Below, in pieces: positions 20,251 through 27,823 of a DNA stretch of 64,000 nt (the stretch's first letter is position 1; each line of letters begins with the position of its first letter). The DNA is taken from positions 1,440,001 through 1,504,000 of the forward strand of contig OZ247587.1 of the NCBI GenBank assembly GCA_965233865.1. The letters run 5' to 3'. Below the pieces are notes generated by a model that saw only the letters and a list, made by a program, of their open reading frames with translations, was not told the origin of the DNA and ran no database searches. The position numbers were made by a program, and so were the translations under genes. Source of the DNA: Candidatus Neptunichlamydia sp. (GTDB lineage Bacteria > Chlamydiota > Chlamydiia > Chlamydiales > Simkaniaceae).

Positions 20251-20617
20251 GAATGAAAGGCCAAGAACTAGCTCAACGGACTGGAATGCTTTTAAATCAG
20301 ATGTTAAAGAACAGAAGAAGCGTGGTAATACAAATCCTTTTAATGGAGCTGTTGACGAAGAGGTCATTGTTGTTGATCCTCAGGGGAACGCAATTCCAGT
20401 GAAAGAGGGGAATTGGTTAGGAGGATCTAAAGATGGAGTTTGGATTGAAGAAAAGTGTCCAGGCGCAAATCCAAGAGGAGAAAAAACAGGGCTACGTAAA
20501 GATAGTGGACATGACCCGGGTCCAAAGCATCCTAGTGATCCAAGGCCTTGGGAACCACACGCCCATGTTCCAGGAGCCACAAACCCAGATGGAACACCTT
20601 GGTTACCAGTTAAATAA
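20111..20617 (+). CDS. Orphan Rhs C-terminal toxin cassette (CT2)
   Basis: First 47 aa identical to the Rhs pre-toxin segment, then an unrelated domain ending PHAHVPGATNPDGTPWLPVK; GGGAG 5 nt before the ATG. Confidence 0.85.
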   Translation: MASGVAIEVATFGGYTFALGFHEAAGLALMTTGCTQAMYHAKDLSMPNERPRTSSTDWNAFKSDVKEQKKRGNTNPFNGAVDEEVIVVDPQGNAIPVKEGNWLGGSKDGVWIEEKCPGANPRGEKTGLRKDSGHDPGPKHPSDPRPWEPHAHVPGATNPDGTPWLPVK

Positions 20618-20642
20618 CATAAACCATTAAGTATTTGAGTAT

Positions 20643-21104
20643 ATGATAAATAAAACTGAGAATAGTAGATTTGATTATGGAGATGCTGTAAAAATTAAGG
20701 CAACAGCTCCTGAAAAATTTTATCCAGGTCAGGTTGGAAACATTTGTGGAATGGATAAAATTACAGTTGATGCAGAAGCTCAAGAACTTTTTTCTAAAAT
20801 CGGAGATTGGGCATATACAGTTGAACTTCCGAATGGTTCTTCTATTGAAGTAGCAGGGTGTTATTTAGAAGTGGACTCTGATAGACTAAAGTACAAGATA
20901 AGAGATCAAGTAATTATAAAAAAAGATTTTTCTGAAAAAAATAAAATTACAGAGATTGTATCTGTTATTGATTATCATAAAATTTCTGGAAAATCACTAG
21001 CAAAAAAATTTAATCTAAAAATAGGGTGTTTCATATATGTTGTTGAAAATCAGTCTGGCCAAATATCATTGATTCCTGAATACCTTATAGAGAAAAAATA
21101 TTAG
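20643..21104 (+). CDS. Putative immunity protein for CT2, made of two tandem small beta-rich repeats
   Basis: Follows CT2; halves RFDYGDAVKIK..YTVE..YLE and KYKIRDQVIIK..YVVE..YLIE align. Confidence 0.72.
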   Translation: MINKTENSRFDYGDAVKIKATAPEKFYPGQVGNICGMDKITVDAEAQELFSKIGDWAYTVELPNGSSIEVAGCYLEVDSDRLKYKIRDQVIIKKDFSEKNKITEIVSVIDYHKISGKSLAKKFNLKIGCFIYVVENQSGQISLIPEYLIEKKY

Positions 21105-21453
21105 GTTTTCTTGGTGGTATTGCTCAGATGAAGTCGCAACCTTTGGAAAGTATACGTTTGCTCTGGGATTCCATGAAGCTGCAGGGCTCGCTTTGGTGAC
21201 TACTGGATGTACTCAGGCGATGTTATCATGCCAAAGATCTTTCTATGCCGAACGAAAGGCCAAGAACTAGCTCAACGGGCTGGAATGCTTTTAAATCAGA
21301 TGTTAAAGAACAGAAGAAGCGTGGTAATACAAACCTTTTAATGGAGCTGTTGACGAAGAGGTCATTGTTGTTGATCCTCAGGGGAACGCAATTCCAGTGA
21401 AAGAGGGGAATTGGTTAGGAGGATCTAAAGATGGAGTTTGGATTGAAGAAAAG
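21104..21453 (+). pseudogene. Decayed copy of the anchor repeat plus the 5' part of CT2
   Basis: Matches 19015-19040, then lacks 19041-19080, then follows the repeat and CT2 (to about 20455) with substitutions and 1-nt indels. Confidence 0.88.
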
Positions 21454-21665
21454 CATTAGGGTGTACAAATGGAGGTTTAAAGTGGAGAGATGTTAAACCA
21501 ATAATAGAATATTATTCATCTAAAATGGACATACCGGTAGAAATTCTTGAGCCATCTGATCTTAAGATAGATAAAAAAACCACTACTAATAAAAAAAGAG
21601 TTTTCGAGGATTCACCCTTAGGTCCCCTAGTAAGGCCTAAGAAAAGATCTCGTCCTGAGTCATAG
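21453..21665 (+). pseudogene. 3' fragment of a macrodomain (DarG/Poa1p-like) gene
   Basis: Open frame ALGCTNGGLKWRDVKPIIEYY...PKKRSRPES* with an in-frame stop just upstream and no start; matches the LGCGxGGLxW macrodomain motif. Confidence 0.65.
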
Positions 21666-21733
21666 CTAAATAAAGGTCGAGTCTTTTTAGATGAATATAG
21701 CTTAAATACAAAAGCCATTTTTTCGAAAAGTTC

Positions 21734-22606
21734 TTATTTTTTTATAAGAGAGAGTATTTCTTCTTCAGAAAGGTCTGTTGCTTTAGAAATTGTTGTAGGA
21801 TCTAGCCCTTGCTTTACAAGCGCATTGGCAATTCTTAGTTGTTCTTCTTTAATACCTTCCTCACGACCTTTCTCTTCGTATTTTTTCAAAGTATTTGCTT
21901 CAATTCTGAGCCATTTGAGCTTTCCTTCATAGATTTCACGCTCTTCATCAGAGAAGTTCATTACATTGAGAACATTGATAGCTTTTTTAACAGGAGAATC
22001 ATCCAAGGATGGCGATAGTTTAGCTTTGCTAAGTAGGTCGCGCCTTAAAAGAAATGTAGACCAGAGGTCTAGGACATTTTGAATTTTTGAGCCAATATCT
22101 TCAAATTCTTTTCCTAGGCTGTCGCTGAATTTCTTCAGTTCTATTGTATGAAGTTCTAGCTCTTTGAAGTAGTGGATTCCGGTTTCTTTTTCTGTGATAT
22201 GGAAAGCGTTATGATATTTTCCTGAGTCTAAGATGGAAGTGAAGTTCAAGATATGGATTCCGATGACTTTTTCAAGAGAGCCATAGTCATCTCTTTCTTT
22301 TAGTTGCTCTGCATAGAGCTTTGCCCAGTAGTATAGAGCTCTTTTGTCATAATCGGCTTCATCGGTAATTTGGATTTCGATATTAAATTTCTTGCCGTGA
22401 TCACCTTCAGCCTTGATATCTAAGATGGAGAGCTTGTCACTTTTAAAATTTTTCTGATTATAGGGGTTGAGCAGGGTCACATCAACAACATGATCTTCTT
22501 CTCCTACAATAGAATTAATCAAGGAGATCAGAAGATCTTTGTTTTCTTCTGTGCCAAATATTTTCTTAAAGGCTATATCAACGCGCGGATTAATTTTTTC
22601 CGTCAT
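21734..22606 (-). CDS. Rpn family recombination-promoting nuclease / PD-(D/E)XK putative transposase
   Basis: INPRVDIAFKKIFG, LDIKA, NIEIQ, RALYYWAKLY, C-terminal EKGREEG..IA..L..GL...IS..T.LS tail. Confidence 0.92.
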   Translation of the reverse strand: MTEKINPRVDIAFKKIFGTEENKDLLISLINSIVGEEDHVVDVTLLNPYNQKNFKSDKLSILDIKAEGDHGKKFNIEIQITDEADYDKRALYYWAKLYAEQLKERDDYGSLEKVIGIHILNFTSILDSGKYHNAFHITEKETGIHYFKELELHTIELKKFSDSLGKEFEDIGSKIQNVLDLWSTFLLRRDLLSKAKLSPSLDDSPVKKAINVLNVMNFSDEEREIYEGKLKWLRIEANTLKKYEEKGREEGIKEEQLRIANALVKQGLDPTTISKATDLSEEEILSLIKK

Positions 22607-22694
22607 TAGATTCTACTCCATACCATCTGGATCCATTGTACTCTCTATATAAAAACCATTCAATGGTTTTTATTTATCTTAATGACTCCCTGAA

Positions 22695-22856
22695 TTAGTA
22701 ATCATAATCTTTCCACGTCATGAAATTCTCCCTTGTGGATTTCAGAAGCTCTATGGGGACTGTTGATTCATAGTCGCTTTTTTCACTACTCAATATCACA
22801 TCAGTAGGCCCTTCTGTTGTATCGGATCTTTCCAAGTTTATATTATCACTAGGCAT
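22695..22856 (-). CDS. Small hypothetical protein, 53 aa (MPSDNINLERSDTTEGP...KDYDY)
   Basis: Open frame between the Phd-like gene and rpn, same strand; no motif. Confidence 0.25.
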   Translation of the reverse strand: MPSDNINLERSDTTEGPTDVILSSEKSDYESTVPIELLKSTRENFMTWKDYDY

Positions 22857-22923
22857 ATATATGTCACTTAATTATTTGATAACTTCAGTATAAAGAAAAA
22901 AATTGTTCTGCGTCACTCAAAAA

Positions 22924-23145
22924 TTATCGGTCTATCCCTTCTAAAACCACGTAGTCTTCCAAAGGAACAATAGCAACCTCTGCACCGTTAAAATTATAGA
23001 GGATGCGCTCTCCTTCAAAGGCGACCTGATTAAACATTTCTTGCTCTTCTTCTTTCGATTGTAGCACGATCCCTTCATCTTCAGTCTCGTGTCCTTCGTT
23101 GAGCTCCCATCCTAATGGGTATTGCACAGCTTCTAAAGATTTCAT
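22924..23145 (-). CDS. Small acidic protein with a Phd/YefM antitoxin-like segment
   Basis: Strong AAGGAG SD; FNQVAFEGERILYNFNGAEVAIVPLEDY resembles the Phd/YefM pattern VNRVAxxGERIxxxRxGxxxAxxVPxED. Confidence 0.55.
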   Translation of the reverse strand: MKSLEAVQYPLGWELNEGHETEDEGIVLQSKEEEQEMFNQVAFEGERILYNFNGAEVAIVPLEDYVVLEGIDR

Positions 23146-23176
23146 ATATTCTCCTTAATGGATGTTTTTGTTGGGC

Positions 23177-26100
23177 TTACAAACTCAAGTCAAACCCACG
23201 TTGGTGTTGTTCTTCTTCAATGCCAAGTTGAATATCTAATTTCTCTTCCAAATCTTCAACTTCCTGCCAGTCACCTCTCACCGCTTCTCCATCTTGCCAG
23301 TCTTCAAACTCAAATTCATTTGCTGCAGCAAAATCATAGTCCGTTGTCTGAACGTGAAGGCTATTTTGATTTTCTATCTGTTCTAAGGTATCCAGGCGTT
23401 CCATCTCCGAGCCGGAGACTAATAACTTGCGATCTTCTAGTGCGGATAGATCTAACACTTTTTCTGATGCAACATCTTGAGAATCTAAAGACAAAAACAC
23501 AAAACCCTCTTGCTTGCAGTTTTTATTTGCTTCAGCTGCTGTCTCTTGAGAAGTGCATAGCACGACGATGGCTCGTTCATTCTCAGGAGTGAAGATGTTT
23601 TCGATATTTTTGATTGGCTCTAACCCCTCAGACTGACAATGCTCTTGGTAAGCTGCTAGTTTCTCTTGCATGATGCCCTGTCTAAGCACTCTTTCTTGCT
23701 CAATCTGCTTGTACTGATCGAGTTCTTTTAGGGCCTCCTTGGATAGGTTGAGGCCATAGATAGGATCTTCAAGCTTTGATGCCCCATATTCAGGGGTCTC
23801 AGACTTTTCGGTTGAAGTGTTTTGATAGAAATCATGGATATCGGATTTGTCAGCTCTATTTTCCCGACGATCGTCTAGTATCTCCTGGATGTTTGCCTTT
23901 AACTCTCTTCCAAATGCTTTAACACGAGTCCACCTAGTACCATATTCTCTTGCTTTCTCAAGATCGCGATCAAATGTCTCTTTCTCGGCTTGTTTCTGCA
24001 GATCATATTCGTTTTGGAAGTAGAGTGTGGATTCCTTAGAGGTGTCTTTGGAGCATTGTTTTTGCAATGGTCCAAAACCTCCGCACTCTTCTTTATCAAT
24101 GTAAACACTGACAGTTTCTTTGTGCCTGGACGTGGCGACATAGGAAGTTTGTTTTCCATTGAGCGAGTTGTGGAGAACGTAGGTGTCCTCCACCGTTCTC
24201 CCTTGAGATCGAAAAGTAGTTGTTGCGTACCCTAATTGCCAAGAGCCGTATTCTTTTGGATCAAAGGATACAATCTTGGTGTATTTGGAGCTGTCTTTTC
24301 CCTCCTGATCAAGCTTTACGACAAAACGGTCTTCTTCAGCTTTAACAAGTTCGCCCTTTAGACCGTTTGTTACACCAATAGCGCGGTCATTCTTCCTGAA
24401 TTCAATGAGATCACCCTCAGAAACACGCAGCTCTCCAAACATTGTCTTGCAGGAGTATTCTTGCTCTTTCAGCTCTCCTTTAACCATGCGGACGTCGTGA
24501 GCCGCTTGATTGAGTACATGGACTTCTCTATTGGTGGTCGCAAGAATTAGGGATTTGTCATAGGACTTAGATGTGTCGAGGTAATGAGAAAAAGACCAAT
24601 CGACTATGAGCTTTTCCATTGCGCTAGCTTTGTCTCTTTCGAAGTTCAGGCAGTTTTCCTTGCTCAACCCTCTTAATGCGGCTTCAATATCTCCTTGTGC
24701 AAAGCTTTGCGTTATAGATCGTTGCTCTTGAGAGCTTTGGCGTTGTATATAGTGCAGTTTCGAAGCGTCATATTTTTCTGCCAGAACCTGAAACATCCCT
24801 CCTCTATCAACTGAGGGCATTTGGGAAGAGTCTCCGGAAAGGATGAGCTTGGCTTTGTGGGCGTGAGCTACCCTACAGAGTTCATTAAGCGCCTGATTCC
24901 CAAGTTTTCCAGCTTCATCGACGATCCATAGCTCTTTGGGCTTGATCTCTCTGTGGCCATGCTCTTGAGCGTACAAAAATCTAGGTACATTCTCAGCATT
25001 AAAGCCTTTTTCTTTGAGAAGATTAGCGGTTGCGTTATCAGGACCAAACCCTCGTACTCTGATTCCTTTTGCTTCGTAAGACTTTTTTAACGCCTCTAGA
25101 ACGTGAGATTTCCCTGTACCAGCATAACCTTCCAATACATATAAACCTTCTCTTCCAGAGAGTGTTTTAAAAGCTTGGAGTTGTTCTGGACTCAGATAGC
25201 TTGAGAATTTCTCTAGGTGCTTTTCTCGAAACTTGGCATGTTCTACATCATTGATCTTCTCGCTCCGTCTTAAGATTTGCTTTTCTTCTTCGAGGACTTC
25301 GATGGTGGTGAATTTTCCGGCATCTCTTAGTGTCCTACTTAAAACTGAATGATTCTTGCCGAGTTTCCCAATTTGGAGCTTCACTATTTCTGTTTGCTTC
25401 CAAAATAGATCACGCACTTCTTCCAGCTTCTCATGAGGAGTATGTTTAGCCATGAACCGCTCTACATCTTGGACTTGCCATACTGCTTTCTGGTTGGAAA
25501 TTGCCTTTAAGATTTTAGATGGATCACTTGCATCAATGACGTTTTGCTTTTGAATTTCCGCGTGTCGCTCTAACATTTCTAGGCAGTTACCTCTTAATCT
25601 TACTGCTCCTAGATGCTCTTGAGGATTGAGTGACTTGGGATCAACTCTGAGGTCCAAACCAAGATCTTTAAAGTAGTCGTTTTGTATCTTTGTCCAAACC
25701 TCTCCCCAACGAGTATTAGAGATCTCTTTTTGCAAGGATCTATCTTTCAAATAGTGAAGACTTTCTCCATCTTCTGAAAATGTTCTGGTGGGCACTAGTA
25801 TATGGGCATGCCAGTTATGATCTTCTTTATCATCAGGGCTGTGAATGGCGTAATGCGCAGCAAGCCCCTTATCTACAAACTTTTGAGAAAATCTTTGTGT
25901 TAAAACAATACGGTCTTCCTCCGTGATTACTTTGTCATCAGGAAGGGCAATGACTAGTTCCATTCCTACTTGTGAATTGTGTTGCTTCTCGATTTGCTCG
26001 GCAGCATTCCACAGGATTTCAGGATTTAAAAACTTTTCATCTGCGACCTCAGGAAGCATGATCTTTTTTGCTAATGGAGCCTCTCTACTGGAATAGTCAT

Positions 26101-26230
26101 AAAGCTTTCTATCTTGAAACTTCGTACCTTCGAATTCTAATTTAGAGCGATCAATATAGGCAGATTTGTGACAGATATTTTGCCCTTTAGAGCGTTGTAC
26201 GAATTCGTTCCTAGCTTGTCCTATTGCCAT
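23177..26230 (-). CDS. traA: Ti-type conjugative relaxase-helicase TraA (MobA/MobL relaxase plus RecD-like helicase)
   Basis: SAYIDR, LWNAAEQIEK, ELVIALP, HNWHAHI (3H) relaxase motifs; GYAGTGKS, IVDEAG, GDSSQ, SQGRTV, YVATSRH helicase motifs. Confidence 0.92.
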   Translation of the reverse strand: MAIGQARNEFVQRSKGQNICHKSAYIDRSKLEFEGTKFQDRKLYDYSSREAPLAKKIMLPEVADEKFLNPEILWNAAEQIEKQHNSQVGMELVIALPDDKVITEEDRIVLTQRFSQKFVDKGLAAHYAIHSPDDKEDHNWHAHILVPTRTFSEDGESLHYLKDRSLQKEISNTRWGEVWTKIQNDYFKDLGLDLRVDPKSLNPQEHLGAVRLRGNCLEMLERHAEIQKQNVIDASDPSKILKAISNQKAVWQVQDVERFMAKHTPHEKLEEVRDLFWKQTEIVKLQIGKLGKNHSVLSRTLRDAGKFTTIEVLEEEKQILRRSEKINDVEHAKFREKHLEKFSSYLSPEQLQAFKTLSGREGLYVLEGYAGTGKSHVLEALKKSYEAKGIRVRGFGPDNATANLLKEKGFNAENVPRFLYAQEHGHREIKPKELWIVDEAGKLGNQALNELCRVAHAHKAKLILSGDSSQMPSVDRGGMFQVLAEKYDASKLHYIQRQSSQEQRSITQSFAQGDIEAALRGLSKENCLNFERDKASAMEKLIVDWSFSHYLDTSKSYDKSLILATTNREVHVLNQAAHDVRMVKGELKEQEYSCKTMFGELRVSEGDLIEFRKNDRAIGVTNGLKGELVKAEEDRFVVKLDQEGKDSSKYTKIVSFDPKEYGSWQLGYATTTFRSQGRTVEDTYVLHNSLNGKQTSYVATSRHKETVSVYIDKEECGGFGPLQKQCSKDTSKESTLYFQNEYDLQKQAEKETFDRDLEKAREYGTRWTRVKAFGRELKANIQEILDDRRENRADKSDIHDFYQNTSTEKSETPEYGASKLEDPIYGLNLSKEALKELDQYKQIEQERVLRQGIMQEKLAAYQEHCQSEGLEPIKNIENIFTPENERAIVVLCTSQETAAEANKNCKQEGFVFLSLDSQDVASEKVLDLSALEDRKLLVSGSEMERLDTLEQIENQNSLHVQTTDYDFAAANEFEFEDWQDGEAVRGDWQEVEDLEEKLDIQLGIEEEQHQRGFDLSL

Positions 26231-26473
26231 TTTACTTTTCTTATTCCTATGTCTTTATCTAACGTTATCAAAACAGACTTTTTGTTTTTCTGCAAGTTTT
26301 AACAAAAGCAAGCGCCTGTAAGGTGCATATTGCGTATGACTCTAATCTGGCGATTAATAGCCATAACGCTTTAACTCTAATTTAGGTAAGCTTAAAAATA
26401 CAACCGCAAGGCAAAAGTCCTTTTCGTTAAAGGACACTTTGGTTACGATGTATAGAAAATAGAAAGTTGTTAT
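26231..26473. other. Candidate oriT region between divergent traA and traD operon
   Basis: Positional, as in MOBQ traA/traCD loci; imperfect inverted repeat GTCCTTT-TCGTT-AAAGGAC at 26417-26435; only a weak nic-like match near 26320-26336. Confidence 0.35.
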
Positions 26474-26725
26474 ATGGAAAAACATTTTGATGCCTCAAGA
26501 AGAGAGGTGGTAGAGTTGCTTCAAAGGAAAAGACGGTATGGCAGATCTTTAACGGATAATGAATTGAGAGGGCTCTTGAAAGTGGAAAACTTTGAAAAAG
26601 AAAACGGCATGTCCTCGGAAGCTCTGCTGAGCACCTCGGCATGTCCAGGCGCTTCGCTTTCTATTGAAGAGGGAAATGTGGTTGTTTATCCAAAAATGGG
26701 AGACTGTGAAAATGAACGAACTTGA
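26474..26725 (+). CDS. Hypothetical protein, possible relaxosome accessory factor
   Basis: 83-aa ORF divergent from traA, overlapping the traD start. Confidence 0.5.
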   Translation: MEKHFDASRREVVELLQRKRRYGRSLTDNELRGLLKVENFEKENGMSSEALLSTSACPGASLSIEEGNVVVYPKMGDCENERT

Positions 26726-27194
26726 AAAGAAGAAGGAAGCCCTTAAGCTAAAAAAGTCTCGGATTGAGCATCAGGAAAGGCTTCTGAAGCTTAAAGAGCG
26801 TAAAAACCGCACGAGGCTTCTGATTGAAGTCGGTGGGGTTGCTTCGAAAGCCGGAATTGATCATTTGAACACCAACACTCTTTTGGGGGCTTTTCTTGAG
26901 ATTAAGGAGAAGGAACAAGAGGAGGGGACGCTTAAACGGTGGACCAAAAAAGGTGCTGAGGCTCTTGATAGGGATAAAAAGAAAAATGGGGAGCCGTTGA
27001 TTGTGACGTTTGCTGAGGAACCGGAAAAGAAGATTAAGACGGAGATCAGGCAGGCGGGACTGCGATGGAACCGTTTTAGAAAGGAGTGGCAAGGGTTTGC
27101 TAAAAAAGCGCAGTTAGAAAAGCTTCTTAAGGGGGTTGACCATCAGGTGCAAGCTGTAGGGAGTCAATCGTCTAAAAGTGGAAAGGAGGGGTGA
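26712..27194 (+). CDS. traD: Conjugal transfer protein TraD (Ti-type, relaxosome accessory)
   Basis: ERKNRTRLLIEVGGVASKAG..LLGAFL motif and C-terminal GLRWNRFRKEWQG; start set at ATG 26712 after GGGAG. Confidence 0.85.
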   Translation: MNELEKKKEALKLKKSRIEHQERLLKLKERKNRTRLLIEVGGVASKAGIDHLNTNTLLGAFLEIKEKEQEEGTLKRWTKKGAEALDRDKKKNGEPLIVTFAEEPEKKIKTEIRQAGLRWNRFRKEWQGFAKKAQLEKLLKGVDHQVQAVGSQSSKSGKEG

Positions 27195-27196
27195 AT

Positions 27197-27313
27197 ATGG
27201 CTTCTGATAACGAGATGCTAGCGTTTTTGAAAAGGTCTTTGGAAAACCCTCACTTTGATCAACTGGAGCTTTGTCTTTGGGCGGTTGAGGGCGATCAGTT
27301 GGTGTTTGTTTAG
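27197..27313 (+). CDS. Small hypothetical protein, 38 aa (MASDNEMLAFLKRSLENPHFDQLELCLWAVEGDQLVFV)
   Basis: AGGAGG SD; stop TAG directly abuts the dsbB ATG (TAGATG). Confidence 0.45.
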   Translation: MASDNEMLAFLKRSLENPHFDQLELCLWAVEGDQLVFV

Positions 27314-27793
27314 ATGGAAACCTCCAAGCGCATCTTTTTGAACAGATGGTTTTTAGCGATGATTGCTATTGGATCGGTTGCTCTAGCTTGTTCCATATCA
27401 GCGGTGCATGTTTTCCATTTAAAACCTTGTGTGATGTGCAATCTCCAGAGGATCCTCTTTGCTCTTTTGATTGTGAATTCGGGATTTGGGCTCTTGAGCT
27501 CTTATAAGCAAGGGTTTTTTAAGGTAACGCGCGGATGTTTAGCTTTGGGGATTGTCCTTGGGGTGGGACATTTTTTGATGCAGATGGGTGCTGTGCCAGA
27601 TTTTTGTACTTCAAAGCGGGGTTTTGATACAGCTGAGGAATTTTCAAGGATGCTAAAAACTTCAAAATGTTCTGATATAGCTTGGTCGATTTTTGGTGTG
27701 CCGGTTTCTCTATTAAATGCGATGCTTCATGGAGGTGTTTTGGGGGTGGGGTGTCGTTTCAGCTTGAATAAAAGTCTGATGGGAGCCTTATGA
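27314..27793 (+). CDS. dsbB: Disulfide bond formation protein B family
   Basis: KPCVMCNLQR motif, four hydrophobic segments, second Cys pair, WSIFGVPVS. Confidence 0.85.
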   Translation: METSKRIFLNRWFLAMIAIGSVALACSISAVHVFHLKPCVMCNLQRILFALLIVNSGFGLLSSYKQGFFKVTRGCLALGIVLGVGHFLMQMGAVPDFCTSKRGFDTAEEFSRMLKTSKCSDIAWSIFGVPVSLLNAMLHGGVLGVGCRFSLNKSLMGAL

Positions 27794-27823
27794 TGGAAAC
27801 ACAAGTGGTTGTGAACAAGTTTT

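Larger units (their letters stand above)
21734..27194. mobile_element. Plasmid/ICE-derived mobilisation module (rpn, Phd-like, traA, traD); ends not defined
   Basis: Relaxase-helicase and TraD inside a chromosomal context; no integrase, T4SS or att repeats seen. Confidence 0.65.

Noticed and set aside
19015..21453. Three repeats considered as a CRISPR array or a DGR template/variable pair
   Set aside because: Repeats are 150 bp or longer and coding, with no regular spacers, no cas or reverse transcriptase gene, and differences are not adenine-specific
21512..21718. Minus-strand 68-aa ORF in the track
   Set aside because: The opposite strand carries a recognisable macrodomain motif, so this is probably its shadow
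23158..23592. Plus-strand 144-aa Leu-rich ORF
   Set aside because: Antisense to the acidic traA C-terminus
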